Shown: positions 10,071 to 19,606, counted from the stretch's first letter. The stretch is 64,000 nucleotides of DNA from a candidate division WOR-3 bacterium (GCA_965649295.1 CBFGKH010000001.1:1-64000); one strand, 5' to 3'. Notes: generated from the letters alone by a model not told the origin. Program-made: numbers and translations.

Positions 10071-10737
10071 AAAAAAGGAGCCGCTCTAACCTGCGAGCGT
10101 CCAAGAGTGCCAATTTCTTATGAGAGGCGGCATTCTCTTCCAGTGCGAACGACCTTCAGGTGTAGAGCAGCCCCAAACAGTTGAGGCTCGTCGGGCAGCA
10201 TCATGAGAGGATTGGGGGGCCGTTTACGAGGACTTGGGGCGCGGGCTACGACCCAAGAAGGAGGCTATGATGCCGGCCCCCGCTGATGCGAGCCGGTGCT
10301 GTATCATGCGGACCCACTCCAGATTCGCTGATGCTATAGTCTTTCGGCACCAGAGTACTGCCTGAAGTCCGCTTCCTGTTTCCCCGGTCATGGAGCGGTT
10401 ATCCCTGCTCTGGACCTTCCCTAACCAATTGCGGGCGAATGGCACGAAGAGGTTCAAGCTGTCTGAGGCTTGGGACAACGGCGAGAGGCTGAGATGGCAG
10501 AGAGACCCTTGGTGTGATGCGCCCTTTCATAGAGCATTCATCGCCTTCGTCCATTCGCCAAATCTTACTTCAAAGGCGAACAGGATGCTGCCCGACGAAC
10601 CGTAAACTCCAGTTTGTCAAAGAACCACCGACCAATCTCCGGAAGGGGATGCTTGCCCACAGCCATCGCGGTAACCAAACGGAGGTACCTAATTGTCACC
10701 GTCAAGCACCCCCTCCCAGTTCCATTCGTGTAACCCG
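10071..10737 (-). ncRNA. Putative large structured non-coding RNA of unknown class
   Basis: 18-bp helix 10601-10584/10202-10185; 15-bp helix 10559-10545/10449-10434; terminal rod 10174-10077 followed by U6 (10076-10071); imperfect pairs are G-U on the minus strand; upstream sigma54 promoter and boxA; no credible ORF. Confidence 0.62.
10611..10626 (-). promoter_or_regulatory. boxA-like antitermination element
   Basis: GGTTCTTTGACAAACT resembles rRNA-leader boxA (GYTCTTTRAMA); preceded by hairpin ATCCCC-TTCC-GGAGAT. Confidence 0.55.
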
Positions 10738-10747
10738 CCCATCAAAT

Positions 10748-10764
10748 TGCATCTGTCGTGCCAA
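10748..10764 (-). promoter_or_regulatory. sigma54 (RpoN) -24/-12 promoter
   Basis: TTGGCACGACAGATGCA = TGGCACG-N4-(A)TGCA with exact GG-N10-GC spacing. Confidence 0.6.
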
Positions 10765-10843
10765 ACACTCCAAAGGCCTCCTAAGAATACAACACCCTGA
10801 CAAATGGACACTTAGCCGTGCAACCACAGATACCAGCTTGAGG

Positions 10844-10929
10844 TGCGACATGTCTGCGACATGCGTGGATTAGACCCTAAGGCTTTGGCAATCAATGAAT
10901 TAGCTCGTTGCGACCGAACACCGGTTGCA
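10844..10929. promoter_or_regulatory. Candidate enhancer-binding-protein sites
   Basis: TGCGACATG direct repeat at 10844 and 10855 (11-bp period); imperfect palindrome TGCGACCG-N5-CGGTTGCA at 10909-10929; 80-165 bp upstream of the sigma54 site. Confidence 0.35.
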
Positions 10930-10947
10930 GAACTACGGACACTCTCC

Positions 10948-10975
10948 TTGACTCTCTCAAGGCTGAGACTATAAT
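10948..10975 (+). promoter_or_regulatory. sigma70 promoter of rimP-nusA-infB (leaderless)
   Basis: TTGACT-16 bp-TATAAT; ATG 6 nt downstream. Confidence 0.75.
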
Positions 10976-10981
10976 CCGGTG

Positions 10982-11572
10982 ATGGCCGGAACAAACCATC
11001 AGGCCCTTCGTGACGTAGCGGCGCTTGTTGCCGAGCAGTTCGGCGTTGTTCTCTATCACATGGAGACAACGGCTGTATCAACTCGGATTGAGATTGACTC
11101 GCCGACTGGAGTGTCACACAACATTTGCTCAAGATTCCTCCGTTCCTTCACTCAAGAAGCCGAGTCACGCGGACTGCTACCACGTGGCTACACTTTGGAA
11201 GTGTCTTCACCCGGTATCGAACGCAACCTGTATCAACCGCGCGATTTCGCCGCCGCCATGGAGCGCCGTGTCAAGGTTTGGACACGAACCGGAGTTACTG
11301 AGGGAACAATTTCAGCTGTTGACGATATCGGCTTTCTGCTCCGTCGGAGAACGAACGAAGGTGAACAACACCAACGTATCGAATTCTCGATTGTGACCAG
11401 GGCTCGTCTCGTTGTCAGCGATGCAGAACTCTTCGGCCGACGGATGACAAACGAACTGAGTAATGGCCGACGCCGACGTCAAACTCCGGTCGCCAGCCGC
11501 CAGGCCGGCAGCCCGACCGACAGGTCCTTGAGTCGTAGCACGCTACCGGCCAAAGGAGTGCCGTGTGAATAA
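10982..11572 (+). CDS. rimP: Ribosome maturation factor RimP
   Basis: YTLEVSSPGIERNL motif; directly upstream of nusA. Confidence 0.88.
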   Translation: MAGTNHQALRDVAALVAEQFGVVLYHMETTAVSTRIEIDSPTGVSHNICSRFLRSFTQEAESRGLLPRGYTLEVSSPGIERNLYQPRDFAAAMERRVKVWTRTGVTEGTISAVDDIGFLLRRRTNEGEQHQRIEFSIVTRARLVVSDAELFGRRMTNELSNGRRRRQTPVASRQAGSPTDRSLSRSTLPAKGVPCE

Positions 11573-12878
11573 AGATATCGCCAATCTTATCACCCAGATT
11601 GCCCGTATTCGCAACGTGGACATCAGCTATGTCTGTGAGACGTTAAGATCGAGCATCGTCGCCGGTCTGCGTCGGCGTTATGGCCCTGACACTGAAGCCG
11701 ATGCCGAGGTTAACCCTGAGACCGGCGCGATTCGTGTGTTCATCGCAAAGAAGGTAGTCGAACGAGTCATTGCTCCTGGTCAAGAGATTGGCGTCAACGA
11801 CGCTCAAGCAATCAATCCCTCGGCCCAAGTTGGCGATGTCGTCCGGGTTGAGGTGCCGCTTGATGAACTTGGTCGGATTGCGATTCGCAAGGCTTCAGAT
11901 GAACTCGTACTCAAGCTGCGCGAAGCCGAACGCAACAAGCTGTTCGACGAGTTCAGTAAGAAGAAGGGGGAGATTGTCACAGGTACGATACAGAAGATTG
12001 GCCGCGACGAACTGATTGTCAACCTTGGTCTAATCGAAGCAGTTCTTCAGAACCGTGAGCAACTCAAGGCTGATCATTACCGGCAGGGTATGCCGATTAA
12101 GGCATACGTCCATCGGGTTGAAAAAACACCAATCGGTCCGCGCGTCTTCCTTTCTCGCACCCATCCTGAGTTCCTACGCAAGCTGCTTGCTCGCGAAGTG
12201 CCGGAAATAAGAGAAGGAGTCGTGGAGATCAAGGGGATTGCCCGTTCCCCGGGCTTCCGCTCCAAGGTTGCTGTCACCTCGCTTGATGAAAAGGTTGACC
12301 CAGTCGGCGCCTGCGTTGGTTATCGTAAGTCTCGTATTGAGAATATCATTAAGGAGCTGTCGGGCGAGAAGATTGACATTGTCCAATGGAGCCGCGACCC
12401 CCAAGTCTTCATTGCTCGTTCGCTCGGCCCCGCCCGCGTTACGGAAGTAATCCGCGAAGGTGAAACCTGGATTGTTGTCGTTCCCGATGCAGAGTTCTCG
12501 ATCGCTATTGGCAAGAAAGGACAGAATGTCTGGCTTGCTAGTCTCCTTTGTCAGGTCAAGATCGAGGTACTCAAGGAAACTGACTATCGCAACCGCGTTG
12601 TGATGAACAAAGCGGCGTCGGTTCCGTTGAGCAAACTTGGCCTGGACGAGGACATCGTTAACAGGTTGAGCGCCGCCGGAATGAGTAACGCCCTTGATAT
12701 TCTCAATGCTCAGGTAGACAACCTAGTCAAGCTCACCGAGCTACCGGCCGATTCTATTGAGCACTGGCGTCAACAAATACGCGACACAGTCTGGCGCACC
12801 TCAACAGACCTGTCGGCTCGATTTGCCGAATTGCGGGCCGCTGCCGCCCAGCCAGCAACCGAAGCCCCACTGCCCTAA
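11565..12878 (+). CDS. nusA: Transcription termination/antitermination factor NusA
   Basis: S1 and KH domains: LSRTHPEF, EVPEI, ARSPGFRSKVAV, DPVGACVG, AIGKKGQNV. Confidence 0.97.
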   Translation: MNKDIANLITQIARIRNVDISYVCETLRSSIVAGLRRRYGPDTEADAEVNPETGAIRVFIAKKVVERVIAPGQEIGVNDAQAINPSAQVGDVVRVEVPLDELGRIAIRKASDELVLKLREAERNKLFDEFSKKKGEIVTGTIQKIGRDELIVNLGLIEAVLQNREQLKADHYRQGMPIKAYVHRVEKTPIGPRVFLSRTHPEFLRKLLAREVPEIREGVVEIKGIARSPGFRSKVAVTSLDEKVDPVGACVGYRKSRIENIIKELSGEKIDIVQWSRDPQVFIARSLGPARVTEVIREGETWIVVVPDAEFSIAIGKKGQNVWLASLLCQVKIEVLKETDYRNRVVMNKAASVPLSKLGLDEDIVNRLSAAGMSNALDILNAQVDNLVKLTELPADSIEHWRQQIRDTVWRTSTDLSARFAELRAAAAQPATEAPLP

Positions 12879-14956
12879 TGGCCAAACTTAAAGTTTTCGA
12901 AGCTGCCAACCAGCTCGGGTTGTCTAGCGAAGGGCTGGTCGCGATTCTCCGCGAGCTGAAGTTTCCCAGTCGTGGCTACACCTCCTATATAACGGACGAG
13001 GAGTTCGAGGCAGCTCGCCAGCGCCTTCGTGCTGAAAAACACCAATTCAAAGAAACAATCAAACGCCAGCGGACGCCTACTGCCCCGCCAAAGCCCAAGG
13101 CGCAGATTGACAGCAATCAAATTGCTCAGAACGTTAAGCAAACGCTCGTCAAGATCCAGCGTCGCGAGATCCGTCATCGCCGGTCAACTCGCGAGTGCCA
13201 ACCCGCAGCAGTACCAACAACGCAGGAAAAGATCAAGATAAGCCCGTACATGACTGTGGCCGAGCTCGCTCATGCCTTTGGCGTTCCGGCATCGGATATT
13301 ATCAAGAAATGCCTGGCTATTGGTATGCTTGCTACGGTCAATCAACGTCTTGACCTCGACACTATCATGCTCATTGCTGACGAGTGCGGCGTAGAAGTTG
13401 AGCAAGAAGTCGAGACTGAAAGTACCGTCCCCCGCGGAGAGCCCAAACCACGTCCGCCAGTCGTCGTAGTGATGGGCCACGTTGATCACGGTAAGACAGC
13501 ATTGCTTGACTACATCCGCAAGACGAACGTCGTCGAGCAAGAGTACGGACGTATCACCCAACACACTGGCGCCTACGTCGCCATGTACCAGCAGAAACCA
13601 ATCGTTTTCCTCGACACCCCCGGCCACGAGGCCTTCACTGCTATGCGGGCACGTGGCGCCCAAGTTGGCGACATCGCTGTACTGGTCGTCGCTGCCAACG
13701 AAGGCATAATGCCCCAAACAATCGAAGCGCTTGATCACGCTCGGGCTGCCGGCATACCAATTGTCGTGGCCATCACCAAGTCCGATCTGCACGACGCCAA
13801 TCCCGACCGAGTTAAAGCCCAACTTGCGCAACACGGCATCAAGGTTGAAGGCTACGGCGGCGACACGCTCTGCGTCGAAACTTCGGCAGTAACAGGAGCG
13901 GGAATTGAGACATTGCTCGACGGGATATCGGTCATCGCCCTCGAGCGAGACTTAAGAGCACCCTACGACGGCCCTGCCCGCGGTGTCGTAATTGAAGCCC
14001 GCATTGACCGCGGTCGAGGCAGTATTGCTACTGTCCTCATCGAGGAAGGTACTTTGCGCCGGGGTGATCCCTTTGTGGCTGCTGAATTCCACGGTCGTGT
14101 CCGTGATCTACTCAACGAACACTTTCAACCGATGCCCGAAGCGACTCCTTCTCTTCCAGTGCAGGTGCTCGGTTTCTCCGGATTACCCCAGGCTGGTGAT
14201 CGATTCGACGTCGTAAGCGACGAACGGACCGCCCGTGATATCGCCCAACGTCGCTTTCTCGCCAAGCGTGACCGTGTGTTGTCAGCCGCAAAGCCCAAGG
14301 TTACCCTTGCTGCCCTGCAAGAAAAGATCGTCGAAGGACAAACCCGCGAGCTCAAGATCGTGCTCAAAGCCGATGTCTCTGGATCAGCTGAGGCACTACG
14401 AGACTCTCTAGAAGGGCTGTCCATTGACGAAGTAAGAGTGAAAGTCATCCACTCCGGCGTTGGTGCCATCAGCCAGAGTGATGTGCTATTGGCTCAGGCA
14501 TCGGAGGCAATCATCGTCGGGTTTCACGTCAAGCCACTTGCCGACGCTCGGCAGTTGGCTGAAAGAGAAGGCATAGAGATTCGTACTTACCGAATTATCT
14601 ACGCTGCCATCGACGACATCCGTGCGGCAATGCTTGGTCTTCTCGAACCTGAGAAGAAAGAAGTATCGCTCGGCTCCGCCCAAGTCCGCCAGGTATTCCG
14701 CATCCCCAAGCAAGGTCTTATCGCCGGTTGTTACGTCACCCACGGTCAGGTAGTGCGCGACGCCCGTGCTAGGATCATGCGTCAAGGTAAGGAGATCTAC
14801 AACGGCACGATTGTATCGCTCAAGCGCTTCAAAGATGACGTCAAAGAGGTTGACGTCGGCTACGAATGCGGCATCGGCATCGGCGGCGCCGACGACTTAG
14901 CCGAGGGCGACACTATCGAAGTCTATCGTGTTGAAGAAGTAAGACGCGCTCCCTAA
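12878..14956 (+). CDS. infB: Translation initiation factor IF-2
   Basis: [52 protein letters not shown]. Confidence 0.98.
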   Translation: MAKLKVFEAANQLGLSSEGLVAILRELKFPSRGYTSYITDEEFEAARQRLRAEKHQFKETIKRQRTPTAPPKPKAQIDSNQIAQNVKQTLVKIQRREIRHRRSTRECQPAAVPTTQEKIKISPYMTVAELAHAFGVPASDIIKKCLAIGMLATVNQRLDLDTIMLIADECGVEVEQEVETESTVPRGEPKPRPPVVVVMGHVDHGKTALLDYIRKTNVVEQEYGRITQHTGAYVAMYQQKPIVFLDTPGHEAFTAMRARGAQVGDIAVLVVAANEGIMPQTIEALDHARAAGIPIVVAITKSDLHDANPDRVKAQLAQHGIKVEGYGGDTLCVETSAVTGAGIETLLDGISVIALERDLRAPYDGPARGVVIEARIDRGRGSIATVLIEEGTLRRGDPFVAAEFHGRVRDLLNEHFQPMPEATPSLPVQVLGFSGLPQAGDRFDVVSDERTARDIAQRRFLAKRDRVLSAAKPKVTLAALQEKIVEGQTRELKIVLKADVSGSAEALRDSLEGLSIDEVRVKVIHSGVGAISQSDVLLAQASEAIIVGFHVKPLADARQLAEREGIEIRTYRIIYAAIDDIRAAMLGLLEPEKKEVSLGSAQVRQVFRIPKQGLIAGCYVTHGQVVRDARARIMRQGKEIYNGTIVSLKRFKDDVKEVDVGYECGIGIGGADDLAEGDTIEVYRVEEVRRAP

Positions 14957-14958
14957 TT

Positions 14959-15243
14959 GTGAGTGTTGGCCTGCTCGTTATCGACTGCCTCTTGCCCGCC
15001 AGTCAATCTCTGAAAGACAAACGTCACATTCTGAACAGTCTCTCAGAACGCATCCGGCGTGGTTTCAACGTAGCAATCTGCGAGACTGAGTACCAAGACC
15101 AATGGCAACGCACACAACTGGTCATTGCTTTCGTCAATACGAACTGGCGAATGCTGCAGGGTAGCATGGCTAAGGTTATCGAGTTCATCGAACGCGACCG
15201 ACGGGTGATGCTACTCGACTCGCAGGCACGCCGTCTCTACTAG
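14959..15243 (+). CDS. DUF503 (YlxP) family protein
   Basis: SLKDKRHIL...FNVAICE..QDQWQR; usual position after infB. Confidence 0.85.
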   Translation: MSVGLLVIDCLLPASQSLKDKRHILNSLSERIRRGFNVAICETEYQDQWQRTQLVIAFVNTNWRMLQGSMAKVIEFIERDRRVMLLDSQARRLY

Positions 15244-16034
15244 TTCAGAAACAGCAATCCCGCCAGACCGATCAACCAGCAGTACACAGCAAAAAAGTAC
15301 AGCTGGCTGCGGACTACCGCGCGCCTCAGCACAAACAACGCGCCCAGCCCAGAAATGAACGCAACAATCGCACCTAGTAGAACATCGATCAACGCCATTT
15401 GCGCAATATCTATCCTCCGCAATTCAAGAATCGCGGCTCCCAGTGTAACGGGAACTGCCAGTAGGAAGGAGTATTCGAACGCCTCTTCTCGCCGCAGGCC
15501 CAACATCAATGCCAGGCCAATCGTCACTCCCGACCGGGAAATACCAGGCAAAATAGCAGCGGCCTGAGCCAGCCCAACGAAAAGGGCCGTCCTCACACCA
15601 ATTGCGTTATCTCGTTCTCGTGCCCAACGTGTAGCCAAAAGTATGCAACCCGTGACCAGCAGCATTAGCGACGTAACGCGTGGACTTGCAAAGACCGCCT
15701 CGATTCCCTCATCAACCAACAGACCCACAGCAGCCGCAGGAATCGAACCAAGCACAACGAGCTTGACGACTTGCCACGAGGCAGCCCGTCGCTCCGCAGC
15801 GCAAGCAAAAAGCCCAGCAATGATTTCCCCAAGACGACGCGAGAACAACACAAGCACTGCAGCTGTCGTTCCCACATGGAGGATAGCCGCAACCGGCAGC
15901 CGCAAGTTCTCTGGCAGACGCCAGACATGCTGTAGCAACGCAACGTGGCCCGAGCTTGACACCGGCAGAAACTCTGTAAGCCCCTGCAAGAGGCCCAGCA
16001 GCAGGATAACTACTATACTCGCGCCCACGTCCAA
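15240..16034 (-). CDS. uppP: Undecaprenyl-diphosphate phosphatase
   Basis: QGLTEFLPVSSSGH and PGISRSG motifs; multi-TM; start uncertain. Confidence 0.93.
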   Translation of the reverse strand: MDVGASIVVILLLGLLQGLTEFLPVSSSGHVALLQHVWRLPENLRLPVAAILHVGTTAAVLVLFSRRLGEIIAGLFACAAERRAASWQVVKLVVLGSIPAAAVGLLVDEGIEAVFASPRVTSLMLLVTGCILLATRWARERDNAIGVRTALFVGLAQAAAILPGISRSGVTIGLALMLGLRREEAFEYSFLLAVPVTLGAAILELRRIDIAQMALIDVLLGAIVAFISGLGALFVLRRAVVRSQLYFFAVYCWLIGLAGLLFLN

Positions 16035-16070
16035 TGGGAATCGTCAAGACGAATCAATCGTCTTATCATG

Positions 16071-17675
16071 TCAAAAAGCAGTAGCGAAACTGAGATGGAC
16101 GCGACCCATGGCAACGGCCTCCCCGAAGGGTACTCCGTAGTCAACCCCAACAGTGCCAGCCCGTGTAGCCACTCGCAGCCCAAACCCGTAGCCGCTAATC
16201 AACCGCCACAGGCTGTTGCTTTCACTAATGCCAACATCGAGGAACGGAAACATCCGTCCACCGCCTACGCTCAGCGACGGTTCGAATCGAAACCAGCCGA
16301 CTCGTCGAGCTCGAAACTCTCCATCGGCAAAACCACGAACTGTTGCCGTCCCACCTAAAGGGTACATCTCCAAGAGCCCCAGTTCGACATTAGTGACTGC
16401 AACCCGGCCACCAGTTGTTCCGACCAGCATCAGCATACTACCGACCGGCAGCAAGAAAATCATGTCCATCTCATTACGCATGATGGCTGATGAACGACCG
16501 CCAATATTCCGCGTGCCAACCGAAAGCGTCGTTTTGAATGAGATGCCTGACCTTGGACTGATAGACGGATGGCGTGTATCAATACTAAACAGTGAACCAA
16601 GCGATACCGTTGTAGCCGCTAAACCAACGGTGGTAGCACTTCGCTCGACACTGGCGAAGGCCCCGACATCAATGTCTCGCGCAACTGGACATTGGGCTCC
16701 GCCTTCGATCCTGGTCCACGAGCCAATCGTGCTCAACGAATGGTGCGACACGCCGAATCGGAGGCTGAAATCAGTGCCAAAAATCCATGGTTCGACGTAC
16801 GTTGCCGTCAACGTCATTTGCCGATTGCCTGACTGCCAGGTGGCGTTGAAACGTCTACCGGTACCAAAGAGATTCCCTAGCGTAACCAATCCGAAACCTA
16901 CAACTACCTTGTCCTGCGCCGAATAGCCAACCATTGCCAAGACCTCGTTGACACGCAACGGTCGTAACCAATATTTCAGTCTACAGCTAACAGTCTCTGC
17001 TGTAAGATTCTCCTGCGCCATGAGCCTGTGACTATCGACCCTGACCCAACCACTTATCTCCAGACGTCGGGTCCAATAATCAATGTATCGTCTGCTTGCC
17101 GCTGCTGGCCTGAAACGAATCACTCTTGCAAGCACGGATGCTGACGGCAGGTCGTTCCCGTCGAAAACAACCCCGCTCACCCTTGCCACAGGCCCCTCGT
17201 TAATCCCCAGCCGAAGCGTGACAAACGACATACTATCAGTCAGGCTCATAGCATGGACAACTGCGAAAGGTCTCCCTTCTTCGGCATACATATTGGTAAC
17301 ATTGTCCAGCCCCTGCTCAAGTACTGCCAATGTAAAACGCAAACCTCGTTTTGGCAATCCTGCCCGGAGCTGCGACTCAGTTAGGATCGTGTTGCCGTCG
17401 AACTTCCACGCAGCGATTCTGGCGACCGGTCCGGAATCGATGATTACCCGCACCTGCTGAGCATCATCTAGGTCGATACTTTCCACGGTGAATCGTGGCC
17501 AAAGCCACCCACCCCGGGCAAGTTCGCCTGATAGATCGGCCCGCCGACTCACCAGGCTGTCAACTGGCAGGAATCGTGGCACCGCCGCGACAGATTCGAC
17601 CAACAGCGCAGTCAGCGCCGCTGCTGTTGTGATATATCTGGCTATTGTCAGCTCAAGAACAGATACTGCCGCCAA
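16071..17675 (-). CDS. Omp85/TamA-like outer-membrane protein with POTRA domains
   Basis: FDGN POTRA signatures, NLFGTGR, YVEPWIFG, LGGTATVRGF, GYGFGLR, terminal F; start uncertain. Confidence 0.75.
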   Translation of the reverse strand: MAAVSVLELTIARYITTAAALTALLVESVAAVPRFLPVDSLVSRRADLSGELARGGWLWPRFTVESIDLDDAQQVRVIIDSGPVARIAAWKFDGNTILTESQLRAGLPKRGLRFTLAVLEQGLDNVTNMYAEEGRPFAVVHAMSLTDSMSFVTLRLGINEGPVARVSGVVFDGNDLPSASVLARVIRFRPAAASRRYIDYWTRRLEISGWVRVDSHRLMAQENLTAETVSCRLKYWLRPLRVNEVLAMVGYSAQDKVVVGFGLVTLGNLFGTGRRFNATWQSGNRQMTLTATYVEPWIFGTDFSLRFGVSHHSLSTIGSWTRIEGGAQCPVARDIDVGAFASVERSATTVGLAATTVSLGSLFSIDTRHPSISPRSGISFKTTLSVGTRNIGGRSSAIMRNEMDMIFLLPVGSMLMLVGTTGGRVAVTNVELGLLEMYPLGGTATVRGFADGEFRARRVGWFRFEPSLSVGGGRMFPFLDVGISESNSLWRLISGYGFGLRVATRAGTVGVDYGVPFGEAVAMGRVHLSFATAF

Positions 17676-18151
17676 GATTCCGGAAACTCTCCTAATCCGG
17701 TGACAGTAAAAGTGAAGTAATGTGGCTTCTTCGGCCGCCGACGTAGCACCATCTGTGCTTGCGCTGGAGTCCTACGACCTTTGCGGGCATTACACTCCGG
17801 ACAGGCACAAACGAGATTCTCCCATGAATCGTCACCACGCAGCGCCTTAGGTATAACATGATCAGTAGTCATGGTTGAGAGTTTCCGACCACAGTACTGA
17901 CAAGTATGGTTATCGCGACGCAGAATGTTACGCTTCGTCAGTGGTACCTCACGACGACGAACACGTACATAATAGTTTAAGCGCAACACGCTCGGCACGG
18001 GAATCTCGCGACCAACTGAGTGGGCAACTAAGTCATAACTCTCAAGCATTTCCGCTTTCTGAGCCAGTACCATCACCAACGCACGCCGTGCCCTACACAC
18101 TGATAGCGGCTCGTAGTTCTGGTTCAGCAATAGAACATGACGATTGAGCAT
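17648..18151 (-). CDS. HNH endonuclease (McrA-like family)
   Basis: VLLLNQNYEPL, RDNHTCQYCG, DHVIP, WENLVCACPECN. Confidence 0.9.
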   Translation of the reverse strand: MLNRHVLLLNQNYEPLSVCRARRALVMVLAQKAEMLESYDLVAHSVGREIPVPSVLRLNYYVRVRRREVPLTKRNILRRDNHTCQYCGRKLSTMTTDHVIPKALRGDDSWENLVCACPECNARKGRRTPAQAQMVLRRRPKKPHYFTFTVTGLGEFPESWRQYLFLS

Positions 18152-18163
18152 GGCCGGCCGCTG

Positions 18164-19339
18164 CTAGTCACGGACAAACAGCTCCTTGTCAAGGAGTATT
18201 ATGTTCCTATCCGCATACTCTATTCGTGCCCGCGCGTACTCGGCATAACCCGGATCAGTCTGCGCTTTGACATAGAACCCTTTAGCCTCTTCGTATAGAG
18301 CCCGTGCTGCTCGTAGGTTCGCGGTCGAAGTCGCCGTCAGGTTGCTGCCGCGCTTGCTGTCGGCCGACTTCAGACGGATGTCACCTAACCCAACGTTGGC
18401 CTGCGCCATACCGGGAGACAGCATCAGCGCTCGCCGGAAACGAATCTCAGCCGCACTTGGGTTTCCCTGCTGGACTAACGCCTCCCCCCAATACGCCCAA
18501 TACTCAGGACGAGTTGAATCACGCTGCGTAAGGGTTTCGAAAATGGTACCAGCCGCCTTGGCCTTGTTCTGCATCATCAACACGGCGCCCTTACGCAGAA
18601 GCGTCTGGCTATCGTTAGGATCCTGCGTCAGCACCGAATCAAGATGACTAACGGCAGCGTTGTAGTCCTTCAGCTCGATATAACAGTCCACAAGACGCTG
18701 CCGCAGCGACATAACTTTCGGGTACCGAGCAACCAAAGGCAGCAGAGCGTTGACCGCATCCTGGTATCGTTTCTGCTTGAATAGAAAATCAGCCCAGAGC
18801 CGCTGCACATTCTGATCATCCGGAAATCGACGCATCGCTACTTGATATAGCGAATCGGCGCGCGCCATTTCACCCTTTCGGACATAGACCTCAGCCGCTC
18901 CATTGTAGAGGTCAACAAGACTGGAATCCTTGGCCAGTCCGCTGAGGTATGTCGCCAATGCCCTATCTGTCTCGCCCAATGAAAGGAATAGATCACCAAG
19001 CCCCTCATAGGCTTTGGGCTTCGTAGGGTCGAGCGCCACAGCCCGTTGGTAATAGAGCTCGGCGTTAACCGCATCCCGCAGCTTTCGATATGTCGAACCA
19101 ATTGCCACGTAGGCTTCATAAAAAGTTGAGTCAATCTTGGTTGCCTCAATGAAGTTACGCAGCGCCGACTCATAGTCACCCTGAGAGAAGTATTGCTGAC
19201 CGATGCTGTAGCTGGCTTGGGCCGAATCGCGCAACGCCTTCAGCTCAGCCTCGGTCATTGGTTTCATCGTCTGAGTTGGAGCACAGGCAGCAAGAAACCC
19301 TGCTACCATCAGAGCTACAGACAGAATCCGCGAGGTCAT
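18164..19339 (-). CDS. TPR-repeat lipoprotein
   Basis: Lipobox LAAC; multiple TPR-like helical repeats. Confidence 0.8.
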   Translation of the reverse strand: MTSRILSVALMVAGFLAACAPTQTMKPMTEAELKALRDSAQASYSIGQQYFSQGDYESALRNFIEATKIDSTFYEAYVAIGSTYRKLRDAVNAELYYQRAVALDPTKPKAYEGLGDLFLSLGETDRALATYLSGLAKDSSLVDLYNGAAEVYVRKGEMARADSLYQVAMRRFPDDQNVQRLWADFLFKQKRYQDAVNALLPLVARYPKVMSLRQRLVDCYIELKDYNAAVSHLDSVLTQDPNDSQTLLRKGAVLMMQNKAKAAGTIFETLTQRDSTRPEYWAYWGEALVQQGNPSAAEIRFRRALMLSPGMAQANVGLGDIRLKSADSKRGSNLTATSTANLRAARALYEEAKGFYVKAQTDPGYAEYARARIEYADRNIILLDKELFVRD

Positions 19340-19417
19340 AATCGAAGTGGCTCCTTATTGGTCGATCGTGACTTTAGAATACATCCTCGGCCGACTAACT
19401 GTTACGGCCAGCACCAA

Positions 19418-19490
19418 TGGAGCCGACGGGAGTCGAACCCGTGACCTCTTGACTGCCAGTCAAGCGCGCTCCCAACTGCGCCACGGCCCC
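19418..19490 (-). tRNA. tRNA-Ala (anticodon GGC), CCA not encoded
   Basis: GGGGCCGTGGCGCAGTTGGGAGCGCG-CTTGA CTGGCAG TCAAG-AGGTCACGGGTTCGACTCCCGTCGGCTCCA; G3:U70 pair. Confidence 0.96.
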
Positions 19491-19570
19491 GTTACCAACG
19501 CTGTAAGTGTCCCAGAAATAGACGCGCCTGTCAACAACTGTCAGACAGTTGGCAGACTTCAGCTTCTGCT

Positions 19571-19598
19571 TTGACTTGCACAAGGTCTGATCTAGAAT
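19571..19598 (+). promoter_or_regulatory. sigma70 promoter of mnmG
   Basis: TTGACT-16 bp-TAGAAT; ATG 8 nt downstream. Confidence 0.65.
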
Positions 19599-19606
19599 CA
19601 CTACGT

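Noticed and set aside
10185..10601. MITE/IS remnant or retron explanation for the 18-bp inverted repeat
   Set aside because: No target-site duplication, transposase or reverse transcriptase in the window; G-U-biased pairing, boxA and U6 end fit an RNA gene better. A genome-wide copy search is still needed.
10071..10737. Assignment to tmRNA, RNase P, SRP or group II intron
   Set aside because: GGGGCUG lacks a tRNA-like partner end; GGGAAGGUCC and AACAGGAAGCGGACUU are only ~35 nt apart, too close for RNase P P4; no full SRP helix-8 motif; GAGCCG at 10290 has no domain V partner.
10224..11132. Small ORFs 10224-10478, 10390-10605, 10514-10873, 10812-11132
   Set aside because: No SD, no recognisable motifs, mutually overlapping, and they overlap structured RNA or promoter elements.
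17648..19490. HNH nuclease near a tRNA as a sign of an integrated element
   Set aside because: No integrase and no duplicated tRNA 3' end; this HNH family is a common stand-alone chromosomal gene.
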